From NCBI RefSeq assembly GCF_020073745.1, contig NZ_JAIRAU010000047.1:221990-285989 (forward strand): DNA of 64,000 nucleotides. Reading direction: 5' to 3'. Under the pieces are notes generated by a model. It worked only from the letters and a program-made list of their open reading frames with translations. It was not told where the DNA came from and did no database searches. Source of the stretch: Nannocystis pusilla. Lineage in GTDB: Bacteria > Myxococcota_A > Polyangia > Nannocystales > Nannocystaceae. The position numbers and the translations under genes were made by a program. The first letter of the stretch is position 1, and each line of letters starts with the position of its first letter. This document shows, piece after piece, positions 1-13,653 of this stretch.

Positions 1-117
1 GAACAGCGAGGACACCGCCTCGAAGCCGGCGAAGCGGACCACATCGAGCTCCCCCGCGTCGGCCGTGAACGTGAACAGCGCCGCGTTACCGGTCAGCGCC
101 GAGATCAAGTTGGCGAT
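1..117 (-). CDS. Partial CDS (N-terminus only; gene runs off left edge); hydrophobic N-terminal segment
   Basis: Reverse-complement of 1-117 reads LIANLISALTGNAALFTFTADAGELDVVRFAGFEAVSSLF in an open frame with G/C-rich third positions; TTG start preceded by a GGGGGTGG SD-like element; upstream in-frame TAG. Confidence 0.3.
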   Translation of the reverse strand, partial: MANLISALTGNAALFTFTADAGELDVVRFAGFEAVSSLF

Positions 118-180
118 CAACCCCTACCACCCCCCGGAAGGAGGCATCGTAACAGAGGGTCGAGCGGGCGCTGCCGGCCG

Positions 181-1093
181 ATGTCGCGCACGCTCGCGCT
201 GCGAGGGTGCGCAGCGGCGCGCGTGCGCGCTCGCCATGATGTCCGCATGCGCGTCCTCTTCCGCACCGATCCACGCGTCGGGTCGCGTCCCGATCGCGCG
301 TCCGCGCCCGAGGTCGCGGCCGCGGACCCGGTCGGGCTCGCGTGGTCGTGCGTCGATTTCGCAGCGCTTCGTCGAGTTCGGCCCGGCGAGGCCGCGGAGG
401 TCGTCGTGTACCGCGGCTGGCTGTTGCGGGTCGAACACTACGACGCGCGGTACACCGGCCCCCTCGCGCGTAGCCTGCAATTGGTCAACGACCCGGCCGC
501 GTATCGCAGCGCGCACCTGCTGCCGCCGCGCTGCCCTTCCTCGCCGACGACACGCCCGACAGCGTCGTGTGCAGCGCGAGGCCGGCCTCGAGTGGCCGCG
601 CATCGACGCCGCGCTGGTGCGGTCCGGCGGGCGTGCGCTCGTCATCGAGGATTACGGCCAATCGCGCAAGCACGAGGACGACGACGACCACGCCGAGGTG
701 CGGCGCGTGGTCGACGACTTCCTCGAGCGTCAGGGTGGCGAGCTCGTCGGCGGGCTGATCTTCCGCGCCTACGAACCCCTGGTACCGCTCGGGATCCACC
801 CGAGGAGCGGGATGCCGCTCCCTCGCGAGCGGCGGCGCCTCGTCGTCGGTCGCCTGGTCGTCGAGGCGCCCGCGTGGGAGATCGCCGACACGATCGCTGC
901 GCCCGCATTCGCTGAGCTCGCGCGCCGCCTCCCGAGCCGCTTCTTCAGCCTCGATCTAGCCGAGCGCCAGGCCGGCGGCTGGACCGCGATCGAGCTCGGC
1001 GAGGGCATCGACGGCCTTCACATCGCCGTCTGTCGGCTACGCCTTCACGAGGCGCCGACCGATCTCCCTCGCCCCCCGGGGGACATGCCCTGA
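181..1093 (+). pseudogene. Hypothetical protein gene with two apparent frameshifts near 520-600 (pseudogene or sequence error)
   Basis: Strong GC3 coding signal on + strand in frame 1 (181 to ~530), then frame 3 (~528-590), then frame 2 (~590-1093); each segment is protein-like (VLFRTDPRVGS...; ALPFLADDTPDSVVCSA; EAGLEWPRIDAALVRSGGRALVIEDYG...GGWTAIELGEGIDG). No single ORF spans it. Confidence 0.35.
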
Positions 1094-1160
1094 AGGAAAT
1101 GTCCTATCGAGCATGTCGCTTCGGGCATAAGAAAACGGCCATGTCCTCATGGACATGGCC
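1081..1160. repeat. Tandem array (6 units, exact 14-bp period) of the GGACATGTCC-type palindromic motif; convergent intergenic
   Basis: (c)ATG cores at offsets 7,21,35,49,63,77 of the array: gacatgccc/aaatgtcc/gcatgtcg/gcataag/ccatgtcc/gacatggcc. Confidence 0.8.
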
Positions 1161-1206
1161 GTGTGAGCGAGATCGGCGCGCGCCTCGGCGCCGCGCTCGC
1201 TCGACC

Positions 1207-1716
1207 TCATTGCCGGCTCGGCGGGACGGTGCCGGCCCATGTGATCGCCGGCTGCTTCGCCGGCTTCTTCAGCTTCGCCGGCACCTTCCCCGCCCACTCG
1301 ATCGCGGGCTTCTTCGCCCTCTTCGGCACCTCCCCGACCCATTCGATCGCCGGCTTCTTCACCCTCTTCGGCACCTCCCCGACCCACTCGATCGCCGGCT
1401 TCTTCACCCTCTTCGGCACCTCACCGGCCCACTCGATCGCCGGCTGCTTCATCTTCTTCGGCACCTCCCCGGCCCACTCGATCGCCGGCTTCTTCGCCTT
1501 CTTCGGCGCCTTCGCCGGCCGCTCGGCGTCGACGCGCCGGGCCGGCTTGCCGAAGCCGTGGCGTGCCGAGTCGCCGCTGAACGACGCCCCGTGGCCCCGG
1601 CTGGCCACGAGCGGCGCGGGGCCGTCCGCCCCCCACCCGCGGGACGACGAGAGCGTGAAGCTGCAGCCGGTCACGCCGAAGAGGAGCGCCAACAGGGTCA
1701 CGATGAGCTTGTGCAT
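1207..1716 (-). CDS. Lipoprotein with six tandem 15-aa repeats (KKPAIEWAGEVPKRV)
   Basis: Signal peptide with lipobox (LLFGVTGCS); six near-perfect 45-bp DNA repeats encode KKPAIEWAGEVPKRV units; ATG at 1714-1716 preceded by the AT-rich CTTTTAAAAC element. Confidence 0.7.
   Translation of the reverse strand: MHKLIVTLLALLFGVTGCSFTLSSSRGWGADGPAPLVASRGHGASFSGDSARHGFGKPARRVDAERPAKAPKKAKKPAIEWAGEVPKKMKQPAIEWAGEVPKRVKKPAIEWVGEVPKRVKKPAIEWVGEVPKRAKKPAIEWAGKVPAKLKKPAKQPAITWAGTVPPSRQ
1270..1520. repeat. 45-bp tandem repeat x ~6 inside the lipoprotein CDS
   Basis: Repeated unit cactcgatcgccggcttcttcaccctcttcggcacctccccgacc with few substitutions. Confidence 0.85.
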
Positions 1717-1845
1717 TGTTCTTTTAAAACCTCGATGCGCACGGACGCGCGTCGACTCCGCCTATTCAGGCGATCGCCGATCGCCGCAGATCGGCCTCTG
1801 CTCACGGCGTCGCGGCCGCCGGCGCGTGGTGCGGTGATTCGCTGC

Positions 1846-1877
1846 CAATGTCATGACATGACCTGAGAGACATATCT
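1846..1877. repeat. Short GACATG-motif array (caatgtcatgacatgacctgagagacatatc)
   Basis: Three (c)ATGWC cores within the shared upstream region of two lipoprotein genes. Confidence 0.5.
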
Positions 1878-2149
1878 TCCGCGCATCGCGCCAGCGACCT
1901 CGACGGGGTGCGACCGCAGGCTGGGGCCTCCGCGACCCCTTGCGCTCGCGCCGGCCTCGGGCTCGTCATGCGCGCCGCATGCACCATCCGCGCACCTCCG
2001 CCACCTCACGGCCGTGGTCCTCGCGCGGAGCGCCTGCGGCGACGACGGCGCCTCGCCCCTCGCGGCCGCCGTCACGGCGGCGAGCAGTTCGCCCACCGGG
2101 GCCGGCAGGCGCGTCGTCATGGGGCCGGACAGCGTCGCCGTCGGAGGAT

Positions 2150-2288
2150 CTCCGGCGGCGACGTCGTCGTCGCGCTCGAGACGATCGGCGCCGGCGAAGT
2201 GCTGGCCGTCGCCGACTCGTCGATGCTCGGCTGCGTGCCGGGCGAGGCCGACAATTCGCGGTTCGTGGAGAACTTCGCCCTGCACTGA
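2150..2288 (+). pseudogene. Possible gene remnant (C-terminal ~45 aa resembling the end of GldG/DUF4350-type ABC auxiliary proteins)
   Basis: Translation GGDVVVALETIGAGEVLAVADSSMLGCVPGEADNSRFVENFALH* resembles the conserved C-terminal ...V.ADSDFL.N......N..F..N motif; the upstream frame has no continuous protein-like ORF. Confidence 0.2.
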
Positions 2289-2303
2289 TATCCTCGCGGC
2301 TCC

Positions 2304-3419
2304 GTGCCTCGCGCCTCGCTCCTCTGCGCGCTCCTGCTCGCCTGCGCGCACCAGGCCGCGCCGGCCGACTCGGCGCCCCCGACCGCGCCCGCGCCCGCGG
2401 AGGTCGATCCGTGCGCCGCGGCACCTGTCCCCGGGGACAGCACCAAGGCGCTCGCGCGGGCCGACGTGCTGCTCCGCTGCGGCGACGACGCCGGCGCGCT
2501 GGCCGTCCGCTTCGCCCTGCTGCGGCGCGACTACGGCTCGACCGCGCGCGCCTACGCGCTCGCCATGCTGGCCCACGAGTCCGGGCAGGGCCCCGAGTTC
2601 GACGCCACCGTCGCCGACCTGCCGCTGACCGCCGCCGCGCGGGCCGTCTACCGCCTGGCCCGCGACGTCTCGAACTACCTCGACGCCGTCGCCAGGCTGT
2701 CCGAAGAGGCAGGCAAGCCGGGCGAGGCCGGCGTCGACGGCAGCATCCTGGCGCGCGACGTCGCCGCCGCGCTGGCGGTCGCCGGCGAAGATCCCTACGC
2801 GCTGAGCCTCGCGCTGCGCTTCACCGCCGTGCACGACAACGACCCGCGCGAGCGCGCCGCCCCGATCTGCCGCGACCGCGCCGACCCGCTGCTCTCGCGC
2901 CTGCGCGACCGCGAGGGCGCCGCCGTGCTGGCCGGGGCCTGCGGCCGGATCGCCTTCCACTCGGGCGAGCCGATCGACGGCCGGCGCCGGTTCGCCCGCG
3001 CGCTCGAGCTCTCGCCGCGGGACCACGCCGCCGCGATCGCCTGGGCCGCCGCCGAGCTCGCGGCCGGCAACCTCCGCGAGGCGCTGCGGCTGTACGAGCT
3101 GGCCGCCGGGGCCCCGTCGCCGCGGCTGCGCTACGCCGCCTTCCTCGGGCTCGGGGTGACGCACGCCCGCCGCCACGAGCGCGACGCCGCCGAGGCCGCC
3201 TACCGCAGCGCCGCCGCCGTCCGCGGCCTCGACACCGCCGCGCCCGACCGGCTGCCGCCCGAGCTGTCGTTCAACCTCGGCGCCCTGCTCGCCGACACCA
3301 ACGACCCGGCCGCGCGGACCGAGGCGCGCGGGCTGCTGCGGGCCTACGTGGCCGACCCCCGCGCCGACGACCGCCGCCGCCTGCGCGCGCGGATCTTGCT
3401 GCGCGAGCTCGGCGACTGA
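2304..3419 (+). CDS. Secreted TPR-like repeat lipoprotein
   Basis: Signal peptide with lipobox (LLLACA); alpha-helical Ala/Leu-rich repeats; strong GC3 bias. The long antisense ORF 1851..3458 is R/G-rich junk. Confidence 0.65.
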   Translation: MPRASLLCALLLACAHQAAPADSAPPTAPAPAEVDPCAAAPVPGDSTKALARADVLLRCGDDAGALAVRFALLRRDYGSTARAYALAMLAHESGQGPEFDATVADLPLTAAARAVYRLARDVSNYLDAVARLSEEAGKPGEAGVDGSILARDVAAALAVAGEDPYALSLALRFTAVHDNDPRERAAPICRDRADPLLSRLRDREGAAVLAGACGRIAFHSGEPIDGRRRFARALELSPRDHAAAIAWAAAELAAGNLREALRLYELAAGAPSPRLRYAAFLGLGVTHARRHERDAAEAAYRSAAAVRGLDTAAPDRLPPELSFNLGALLADTNDPAARTEARGLLRAYVADPRADDRRRLRARILLRELGD

Positions 3420-3439
3420 CCCACCTCGCCGGGCTCGGC

Positions 3440-3512
3440 GACATGCTCCTGGAGACATGTTCGATTGGGCATGCCCTCATGGACATGCTCGAGGCGACAT
3501 GTCGCATCGGAC
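3440..3512. repeat. Tandem array (5 units, exact 14-bp period) of the GGACATGTCC-type motif; convergent intergenic
   Basis: CATG cores at offsets 5,19,33,47,61: gacatgctcc/gacatgttcg/gcatgccctc/gacatgctcg/gacatgtcgc. Confidence 0.85.
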
Positions 3513-3519
3513 ACAGCGC

Positions 3520-5910
3520 TCAGCGCGACGGCAGCACCGGCACGGCGGTCTGGCTGCGGCCGGTGCCGCCGCCGCCGACGAGGACGCGGCCGTCGACGTC
3601 GGGGGCGTACTCGAGCGGCTCCTCGTAGCGACCGACCAGGCGGCCGAGGCCGGCGCGGCACAGGGCGCTCTGGCTGGAGGGGTCGTGGCCCCACGCTGCC
3701 ACGTGGTCGAGGCAGCGGGCGTACGCGGTGAACACCGCCTCGCGGCGCTGGGCGGCCAGGTCGCGCATCTGCTGGGCCAGGCCGATGTCGCCGGCCTGCT
3801 CGACCGCGGCGGCGACCTCGTCGAGCAGCGCCAGGTCGGACTCGTAGACCTGGGCCTTGCGGGTCTCGATCAGCGCCGCGGCCTGGTCGCGCCCGCCGGC
3901 CGCGCCCGCGGTGGCCCCCTCGTAGACCGCGCTCATGCGCTCGACCTCGTCCTTGCGCACGTCGAGCCACGCGCGCGAGCGGGTCGGGTCGAGGCTCTTG
4001 GGCGGCTGGCTGGTGAGCGCCGACTCGGCCTTGAGGTCGCCGAGCAGCAGCGCGACCTGGCGGCTGGCCGCGCGCGCCTCGTCGACGTCGACCGCGAGCG
4101 GCGCCTCGAGCTTGTCGGGCTCGCCGGCGCTGACCTCGGGCAGCAGCTTCTCCGCGCGGTCGAGGTGCTCGCGGGCCTTCGCCAGCGGCTTGGCGAGGCG
4201 CGGGACCACGCGGGCCGGCGTGCGGTCGCGGCCGAACTCGACGCACAGGCCCTCGGCGCCGTGGACCGGGCACGACGCCCGCAGATACGCCTCGGCCGCC
4301 CGCGCGTACGCGATCGCCAGGCGCCGCGGCCCGCCCTCCTTGCCGAACCGTTCGATGTACTTCTCCGCCGCCTCGGGCGCGACGCCGGGGCGGATCACCG
4401 CGCGGAACTGGATCGCCGCCGCCAGCGTGCGCTCCTCCGGGCGGCCGCGGATCAGCGCCTCGAGCTGTCCTTCGGGCAATGTCCCGGCGCGCAGGCTCAA
4501 GATCAGCGAGCGGCGCCGGGCCGTGGCCGCCGCGCGGTGTCGCGGCGCGCGGGCGACGAGGTCGAGGTAGCGGTCGCGCGCCTGCTCGTCGTTCAAGATC
4601 CGCTCGTGCAGCCGCGCCAGCTGCAGCACCGCGTCGGGCGCCCGCGCGTCCTCGCGGTGGACGTCGGCCATGCGTTCGAGCCAGTCGATCGCCTTCTGCG
4701 TCATGCCGGCGCGCTCGTAGCAGCGGCCGGCCCCGTCGGCCGCCTCGGCCGCGGCGTCGACGTCGGCCCCGAGGTCGGCGTACAGCGCCTCGAAGGCGGC
4801 GCCGCAGCCCACGTCGTCGCCGGCCGCCTCCGACTCCTCGGCCTGGGCCCACAGCGCCGCCCGCCGCAGCGCCGCGATCTGGGTCGCCTGCGTCGCGCCC
4901 GCGGCCTCGACCTCGGCGGCGGCGGTGATCAGCGCCACGCGGGCCGCCGAGCGCTCGCCGGCGCCGGCCGACTCCATCCAGCGCGCCAGCAGCAGGCCGA
5001 CCAGCAGCACCCGGGCCTGCTCGCGCGCCGACCCGGTGACCGCGCGCAGGCCCGCCTCGGCCTCGTCCCAGCGGCGGTACAGCATCAGCAGCTCGGCCCG
5101 CTCGACCGTCACCTGCCCGTGATCGCTCGCGCCCTGCAGGCCCGGTTCGGCCAGGAACGCGTCGTAGGCGGCCAACCACTCGCGGTCGGCCGCCGTCAGC
5201 TCGCCCGGCGCGACGCGCGGGACCGGGTCGGTGCAGCGGCCGCGAGGATCCGGGAGACATGTCTGTTCGGACATGACCCATCGGCGCGGCGGGCCGTCGT
5301 ACACGCGGCGGACCGCGTCGAGCTGCGCGCGCGCCGAGCGGGCCGCCTGATCGGGCGGCAGCCCGCCGGCGAGGGCGGCGCGGTGGTGGGCGTGGGCCTC
5401 GCGCAGCGCGTCGTCGGTCAGCGTGCGCTCGCCGATCTCGAGCGTCAGCTTCTCGGCGCGGGCCCACTCGAGCCGGCCCATCGCGTGGTGCATCTGCGGC
5501 GTGTCGGCGGCCGCCGGGAAGTGCCGGCGCAGCGCCGCGTAGGCCTGCCGGGCCAGCGTGTGGCTCTGCGCCCCGCCCGACTCGGCCCCCTGCTCGGCCC
5601 AGCGCAGCGTCACCGTCGTCAGCGCCTCGCGCGTGGCCTCGGCGCAGGGCTGGCCCGCGCTCGCGCCCGCGGCCTCGTAGGCCCGCACGAGCTTGTCGAT
5701 CTCCTCCCACAGGTAGCGATCGGCCAGCCGCACCAGCCCGTCCTGGACCGCGCTCGCCTGCTCCTCGCAGCCCGCCAAACTCGGCCCGGCGGACGGCGCG
5801 GCGGACGTGTTTAACGGCGCACGCGCCGTCGCCGTCGTCGGCGCCCGCGGGGAGCAGCCGGCCAGCAGCAGCGCCGCGACCGCCCAGCCGAAGCCGCGCC
5901 TTCGGGTCAC
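3520..5910 (-). CDS. Large lipoprotein with TPR-like helical repeats (~796 aa)
   Basis: GTG start at 5908-5910 with GGAGG SD 7 bp upstream gives GFGWAVAALLLAGCS signal/lipobox. The long ORF (to 5997) would read through the motif array, so the shorter start is preferred. Protein is non-R-rich and helical. An in-frame GGACATGTCC-type motif occurs at 5255-5290 (encodes WVMSEQTCLPD). Confidence 0.7.
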   Translation of the reverse strand: MTRRRGFGWAVAALLLAGCSPRAPTTATARAPLNTSAAPSAGPSLAGCEEQASAVQDGLVRLADRYLWEEIDKLVRAYEAAGASAGQPCAEATREALTTVTLRWAEQGAESGGAQSHTLARQAYAALRRHFPAAADTPQMHHAMGRLEWARAEKLTLEIGERTLTDDALREAHAHHRAALAGGLPPDQAARSARAQLDAVRRVYDGPPRRWVMSEQTCLPDPRGRCTDPVPRVAPGELTAADREWLAAYDAFLAEPGLQGASDHGQVTVERAELLMLYRRWDEAEAGLRAVTGSAREQARVLLVGLLLARWMESAGAGERSAARVALITAAAEVEAAGATQATQIAALRRAALWAQAEESEAAGDDVGCGAAFEALYADLGADVDAAAEAADGAGRCYERAGMTQKAIDWLERMADVHREDARAPDAVLQLARLHERILNDEQARDRYLDLVARAPRHRAAATARRRSLILSLRAGTLPEGQLEALIRGRPEERTLAAAIQFRAVIRPGVAPEAAEKYIERFGKEGGPRRLAIAYARAAEAYLRASCPVHGAEGLCVEFGRDRTPARVVPRLAKPLAKAREHLDRAEKLLPEVSAGEPDKLEAPLAVDVDEARAASRQVALLLGDLKAESALTSQPPKSLDPTRSRAWLDVRKDEVERMSAVYEGATAGAAGGRDQAAALIETRKAQVYESDLALLDEVAAAVEQAGDIGLAQQMRDLAAQRREAVFTAYARCLDHVAAWGHDPSSQSALCRAGLGRLVGRYEEPLEYAPDVDGRVLVGGGGTGRSQTAVPVLPSR

Positions 5911-5929
5911 CGCCGCCCCTCCGTACGGG

Positions 5930-6022
5930 ATGTCCGCATGGACATGTCCCTTCGAGCAGCGAACCCCGGCGCGCGACGAGCCGCCGCCGCCACGCATGGC
6001 TTCACAGACATGTCCCGAAGTA
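5930..6022. repeat. GGACATGTCC motif array between kinase stop and lipoprotein start
   Basis: gatgtccgcatggacatgtcccttcg ... cacagacatgtcccgaag; contains an exact GGACATGTCC. Confidence 0.8.
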
Positions 6023-6039
6023 CACGCGCCTCGCCCCGC

Positions 6040-7920
<1,881 letters not shown>

Positions 7921-8012
7921 GGATCTTCGTGTGTTGGGCCCCGGGGGCCCGCAACGCCGCGAACCCGACCCGAGCGCGCAAGGTCCGCGGTGGGACCTAT
8001 AGTCCCCCCACG

Positions 8013-8456
8013 ATGCACTTTCGCCCGGCCACGAGCTCCGACGTCCCCGCGATCCTCGACATGATGGAGGACTTCAACCGCCTGGAGCACATCCCGTGGC
8101 AGCGCGGCCCGGGCGAGGCGCCCCTGCGCACGCTGATCGGCTCGCCCGGGCTCGGCACCGTCGGCCTCGCCGTCGAGGGCGACGCTGCGCTCGGCTACTA
8201 CATCCTCACGTGGGGCTTCGACCTCGAGTGGGGCGGCCGCGACGCCTTCCTGACCGAGCTGTACCTCCGCCCCGAATTCCGCGGCGGCGGCCGCGGCCGC
8301 CTGGTCCTCGACGCCGCCCTGGCGACCGCCCGGGCCCACGACGCCCGCGCGATCCACCTCATGGTCCGCACCGACAACACCCCCGCCCTCCAGCTCTACC
8401 GCAGCGCCGGCTTCTCCGCCCCGCCGCGCGTGCTGATGACCCGCCCGCTCGATTGA
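8013..8456 (+). CDS. GNAT family N-acetyltransferase
   Basis: ATG at 8013 (MHFRPATSSDVPAILDMMED...); acetyl-CoA binding motif RGGGRGRLVLDAAL; -10-like TATAGT inside the near-palindrome GGGACCTATAGTCCC at 7992-8006. Confidence 0.8.
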   Translation: MHFRPATSSDVPAILDMMEDFNRLEHIPWQRGPGEAPLRTLIGSPGLGTVGLAVEGDAALGYYILTWGFDLEWGGRDAFLTELYLRPEFRGGGRGRLVLDAALATARAHDARAIHLMVRTDNTPALQLYRSAGFSAPPRVLMTRPLD

Positions 8457-8464
8457 GGGCCCAC

Positions 8465-8570
8465 GGCCATGTGCCTCATGCGACATGCTCGATTGCGCAT
8501 GTCCTCATCACCATGCCCATTCGCGCATGCCCTCTCGAGCATGTGCGAACGAACATGCCCGCCTCACCGC
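8465..8570. repeat. Tandem array (8 CATG cores, last 6 with exact 14-bp period); convergent intergenic
   Basis: CATG at offsets 4,13,20,34,48,62,76,90 of ggccatgtgcctcatgcgacatgctcgattgcgcatgtcctcatcaccatgcccattcgcgcatgccctctcgagcatgtgcgaacgaacatgccc. Confidence 0.85.
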
Positions 8571-10099
8571 TTCGCGCCGACGTTCTTGCGCTGGAGCTCG
8601 ATCGCCTCGACGTCGCCGACCGCCTCCGCCTCGGCCAGCAGCCAGCGGAACATCGGGCCCGACAGGCCGTACTCCTTGCGGTCGTTCCACAGCCACACCG
8701 CGTAGCCGCACACGTCGCGGTGGACCTGCGGGAACAGCAGGTAGCGCAGCGGCATCCCGCCGAGCAGGACCGCCTCCTCGTAGCGGCGGCGGAACTGGTT
8801 CCACGCCCGCGACTCCTCGGCCGGCGGCAGGCGGCGGTCGGCGGCCGTGCGCGCGCGCAGCTCCTCGGAGCCGGTCTCGACCCCGGTCAGCAGCTCGGCG
8901 CGCAGCTCCTCGGCCGCCAGCGCGGCCGTCGGCAGCACCTCGACCTCGAACGTGGCCAGCGGCAGCCTGGCCGCGCGCGCCAGCTCGGCCAGCTCGCGCG
9001 CGACGGCGCGGCGGATGCCCGCGAGCGCCTCCTCGGCGCGCGTCTGCGTCGTCAGCACGGCGACCCGCTGCCGCATGCGCCGCTCGGCGTGCGGCCACGC
9101 CTCCTCCCACGCGCGGCAGAGCTCCTGCATGCGCGTGGCCGACAGCCGCTGCTCGAGCTCCGTGCCGGCCTGCCCGGGCGTCTTCGGCCGCAGCGCCAGC
9201 CACGTCGCGTGCAGCGCCTGCGCGTGGGCCACCGGGTCGTCGGCGTGGGCCGCGGGGTCGACCAGCGGCACCGTCATGGCCGGCTGCGGCGGCGGCGGCT
9301 TGCGCTGGTGCAGCACCCGCGGGGCCGCGCGCGCCTCGACGAGCAGCGGGCGCATGACCTTTCGGCCAGGTGCCAGCAGCCAGGAGATCCACAGCCCGAA
9401 GTCGGTCGGGTTGGGCTCGCCTGGCAGCGCCTCGCCGCGGATCCGCGCGGCGGCACGGGCGAGGAAGCGGGTGTACGCGGTCGCCTGGCCCGGCAGCACG
9501 CCGCGGCGGATCACCGTGATCCAGTCGCCGCGGCTGGCCGCGTCGGCCACCAGCCAGTCGTTGGCGGCCCGGCGCGCGGCCGCGGGCGCGAAGTCGGGGT
9601 CGAACGCGTCAGCGCCGGCGAGGATGTCGCGCGCCCCGTCGCTATCGCCGCGGCTGGCCGCCAGCAGCCCGGTCGCCACGATCCCCCCGAGCCCGGTCTT
9701 CGCGTTCGCGTGGATCTTGCCTTCGAGCCAGGTCGCGAGCGCCGCGTCGTGCGGGCGGTGCAGCAGCGCCAGCGCGGCCGCCACGAGCTTGCCGCCCTCG
9801 CGGTCGCGCTCCCAGCTCGCGCGGGCCAGCAGCGACAGCCAGTAGCTGGCGCGCACCAGGCCGGCGGCGATCACCGTGCGGCGCAGCACCGGCCACACGA
9901 TCCCGCCGATCAGGTCGAGCAGCGCCACCAGCCAGCCGCCGAGCGCGACCAGCAGGATGAGGTAGGCGAGCGCGCTGGCGACCGCGTACGTCGGCTCGAC
10001 GGCGAGGACGCGCACCGCGAAGGCGGCCGCCACGAGCGCTGCCACCTTCGACAGCGCCCGCCGGGCCAGCACGAGCGCGGCGTCGATCCGCGAACTCAC
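8564..10099 (-). CDS. Membrane protein (2-3 N-terminal TM helices + ~400-aa cytoplasmic domain), function unknown; translationally coupled to upstream J-like gene
   Basis: GTG start (10097-10099) overlaps the TGA stop of the upstream gene (GTGA); GGAGG SD 5 bp upstream; hydrophobic N-terminal helices; non-R-rich, protein-like sequence. Confidence 0.6.
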   Translation of the reverse strand: MSSRIDAALVLARRALSKVAALVAAAFAVRVLAVEPTYAVASALAYLILLVALGGWLVALLDLIGGIVWPVLRRTVIAAGLVRASYWLSLLARASWERDREGGKLVAAALALLHRPHDAALATWLEGKIHANAKTGLGGIVATGLLAASRGDSDGARDILAGADAFDPDFAPAAARRAANDWLVADAASRGDWITVIRRGVLPGQATAYTRFLARAAARIRGEALPGEPNPTDFGLWISWLLAPGRKVMRPLLVEARAAPRVLHQRKPPPPQPAMTVPLVDPAAHADDPVAHAQALHATWLALRPKTPGQAGTELEQRLSATRMQELCRAWEEAWPHAERRMRQRVAVLTTQTRAEEALAGIRRAVARELAELARAARLPLATFEVEVLPTAALAAEELRAELLTGVETGSEELRARTAADRRLPPAEESRAWNQFRRRYEEAVLLGGMPLRYLLFPQVHRDVCGYAVWLWNDRKEYGLSGPMFRWLLAEAEAVGDVEAIELQRKNVGAKR

Positions 10100-10464
10100 G
10101 ACCGCCTCCATCCCAGCGCCGCGAACGCCTCGGCCAGCGGCGCCGGCCCGGGACCCCTCGTCTCGGGGGCCGGCGGCGGCTTCGGCGGCGTCGCGGGCGG
10201 CGGCAGGCTGGCCCAAAATTCATGGCCCAGGCGCTTCTCGTGGTCGCGCAGGGCCGCCATCGCCGCGCGCACCTTGTCCTCGGTGCGGGCGCGCGGCCCG
10301 AGCGGGCTCATATAGGTCGCGGCCGACTTGAGCTTGAGCCCGAGCATGCCGAGCAGCTTCTGGCCCTCGCGCTCGACGTCGACCCGGGTGCAGTCGGGCC
10401 GCAGCCCGAGCACGTGGAACGGGTTGTCGCCCAGCGGCTCGAATTCGTCTGACTTTTGCGACAT
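10096..10464 (-). CDS. Degenerate J-domain-like protein (no HPD motif), probable Hsp70 partner
   Basis: N-terminus NPFHVLGLRPDCTRVDVEREGQKLLGMLGLKLKSA...KVRAAMAALRDHEKR has a J-domain helix II/III pattern but lacks HPD; Pro-rich tail; ATG lies inside a GACATG motif (cgccATGtcgc). Confidence 0.5.
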   Translation of the reverse strand: MSQKSDEFEPLGDNPFHVLGLRPDCTRVDVEREGQKLLGMLGLKLKSAATYMSPLGPRARTEDKVRAAMAALRDHEKRLGHEFWASLPPPATPPKPPPAPETRGPGPAPLAEAFAALGWRRS

Positions 10465-10507
10465 GGCGTTCCCGACAGGTTCTTTACCACATGGTCGAAC
10501 AGACAGC

Positions 10508-12967
<2,460 letters not shown>

Positions 12968-12992
12968 GGCGGGCAAGTGTACCCGGGCGCCC

Positions 12993-13481
12993 TCAGCCAC
13001 GCAGCGCGGAGCGAGCGCGCCGGCGCAGAAGTCGGTCGATCGTCACCCCGGCCGCGGCGCCCAGGCCGACGAGCGCGCACAACAGCGGCAGATCGCCCGC
13101 GCGCTCCGGCGGCCCGGCCGGGGCCGCTGCGCGCCAGGCCACGCGCACCACCCCCGCGCTCCACGGCCCGCACAGCTCGCCGACCAGCGACGCCGCCGCG
13201 GCCTCGTCCCACCCGGGCGGCCCCAGCCCCGTCACCACCACCGCGCCCGGGTCGCCCGCGTCCGGCAAGCGCACCTCGACCGCCAGCGCCTCGGCCCCGA
13301 GCCCGCGCAGGGCCGCCGCCACCGCGTCCGCCAGGGCCAGCTCGTCGCGCGCGCGCTCGCCCGCGCGCGTCGGCACCAGCGCGGGATCGCCGAACAGCTC
13401 GCGCTTGCCGCGGACCCCGCGGGCCTCGGGCGGGCGCGGCCGGTCGCACGCGCCCGCCGCCAGGGCTGTCCCCAGGAACAT
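12993..13481 (-). CDS. Hypothetical (lipo)protein
   Basis: Protein-like, non-R-rich translation (ELFGDPALVPTRAGERARDELALADAVAAALRGLG...). Start uncertain: ATG at 13479-13481 (MFLGTALAAGAC) or 13532; the N-terminal region overlaps a motif array. Confidence 0.4.
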   Translation of the reverse strand: MFLGTALAAGACDRPRPPEARGVRGKRELFGDPALVPTRAGERARDELALADAVAAALRGLGAEALAVEVRLPDAGDPGAVVVTGLGPPGWDEAAAASLVGELCGPWSAGVVRVAWRAAAPAGPPERAGDLPLLCALVGLGAAAGVTIDRLLRRRARSALRG

Positions 13482-13548
13482 GCACCATGCGACATGTCCG
13501 AAGATCCTCGTGGCCCTCAGGTCATGTCTCATACGCCATGTCCCGAGA
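13465..13548. repeat. GGACATGTCC-type motif array (cgacatgtccgaag...ggtcatgtctc...gccatgtcccgag)
   Basis: Five CATG cores between the sigma-factor gene and the downstream lipoprotein gene. Confidence 0.7.
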
Positions 13549-13653
13549 TATTATTCGGCCGCGCCTCGGCCGCGCCCACGCGCCCACGCGCGCCGCTCCC
13601 CGCTCGCGCGCCGGGGGCCCCCGTCGTGCTCGGCGGGCCGCCGCGCCGGGCGT

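Noticed and set aside
1851-5814. Long ORFs 1851..3458(-), 1940..3628(+), 3344..5710(-), 3457..5814(+)
   Set aside because: R/G/P-rich low-complexity translations opposite or out of frame to the two lipoprotein genes; GC3 pattern favours the annotated frames.
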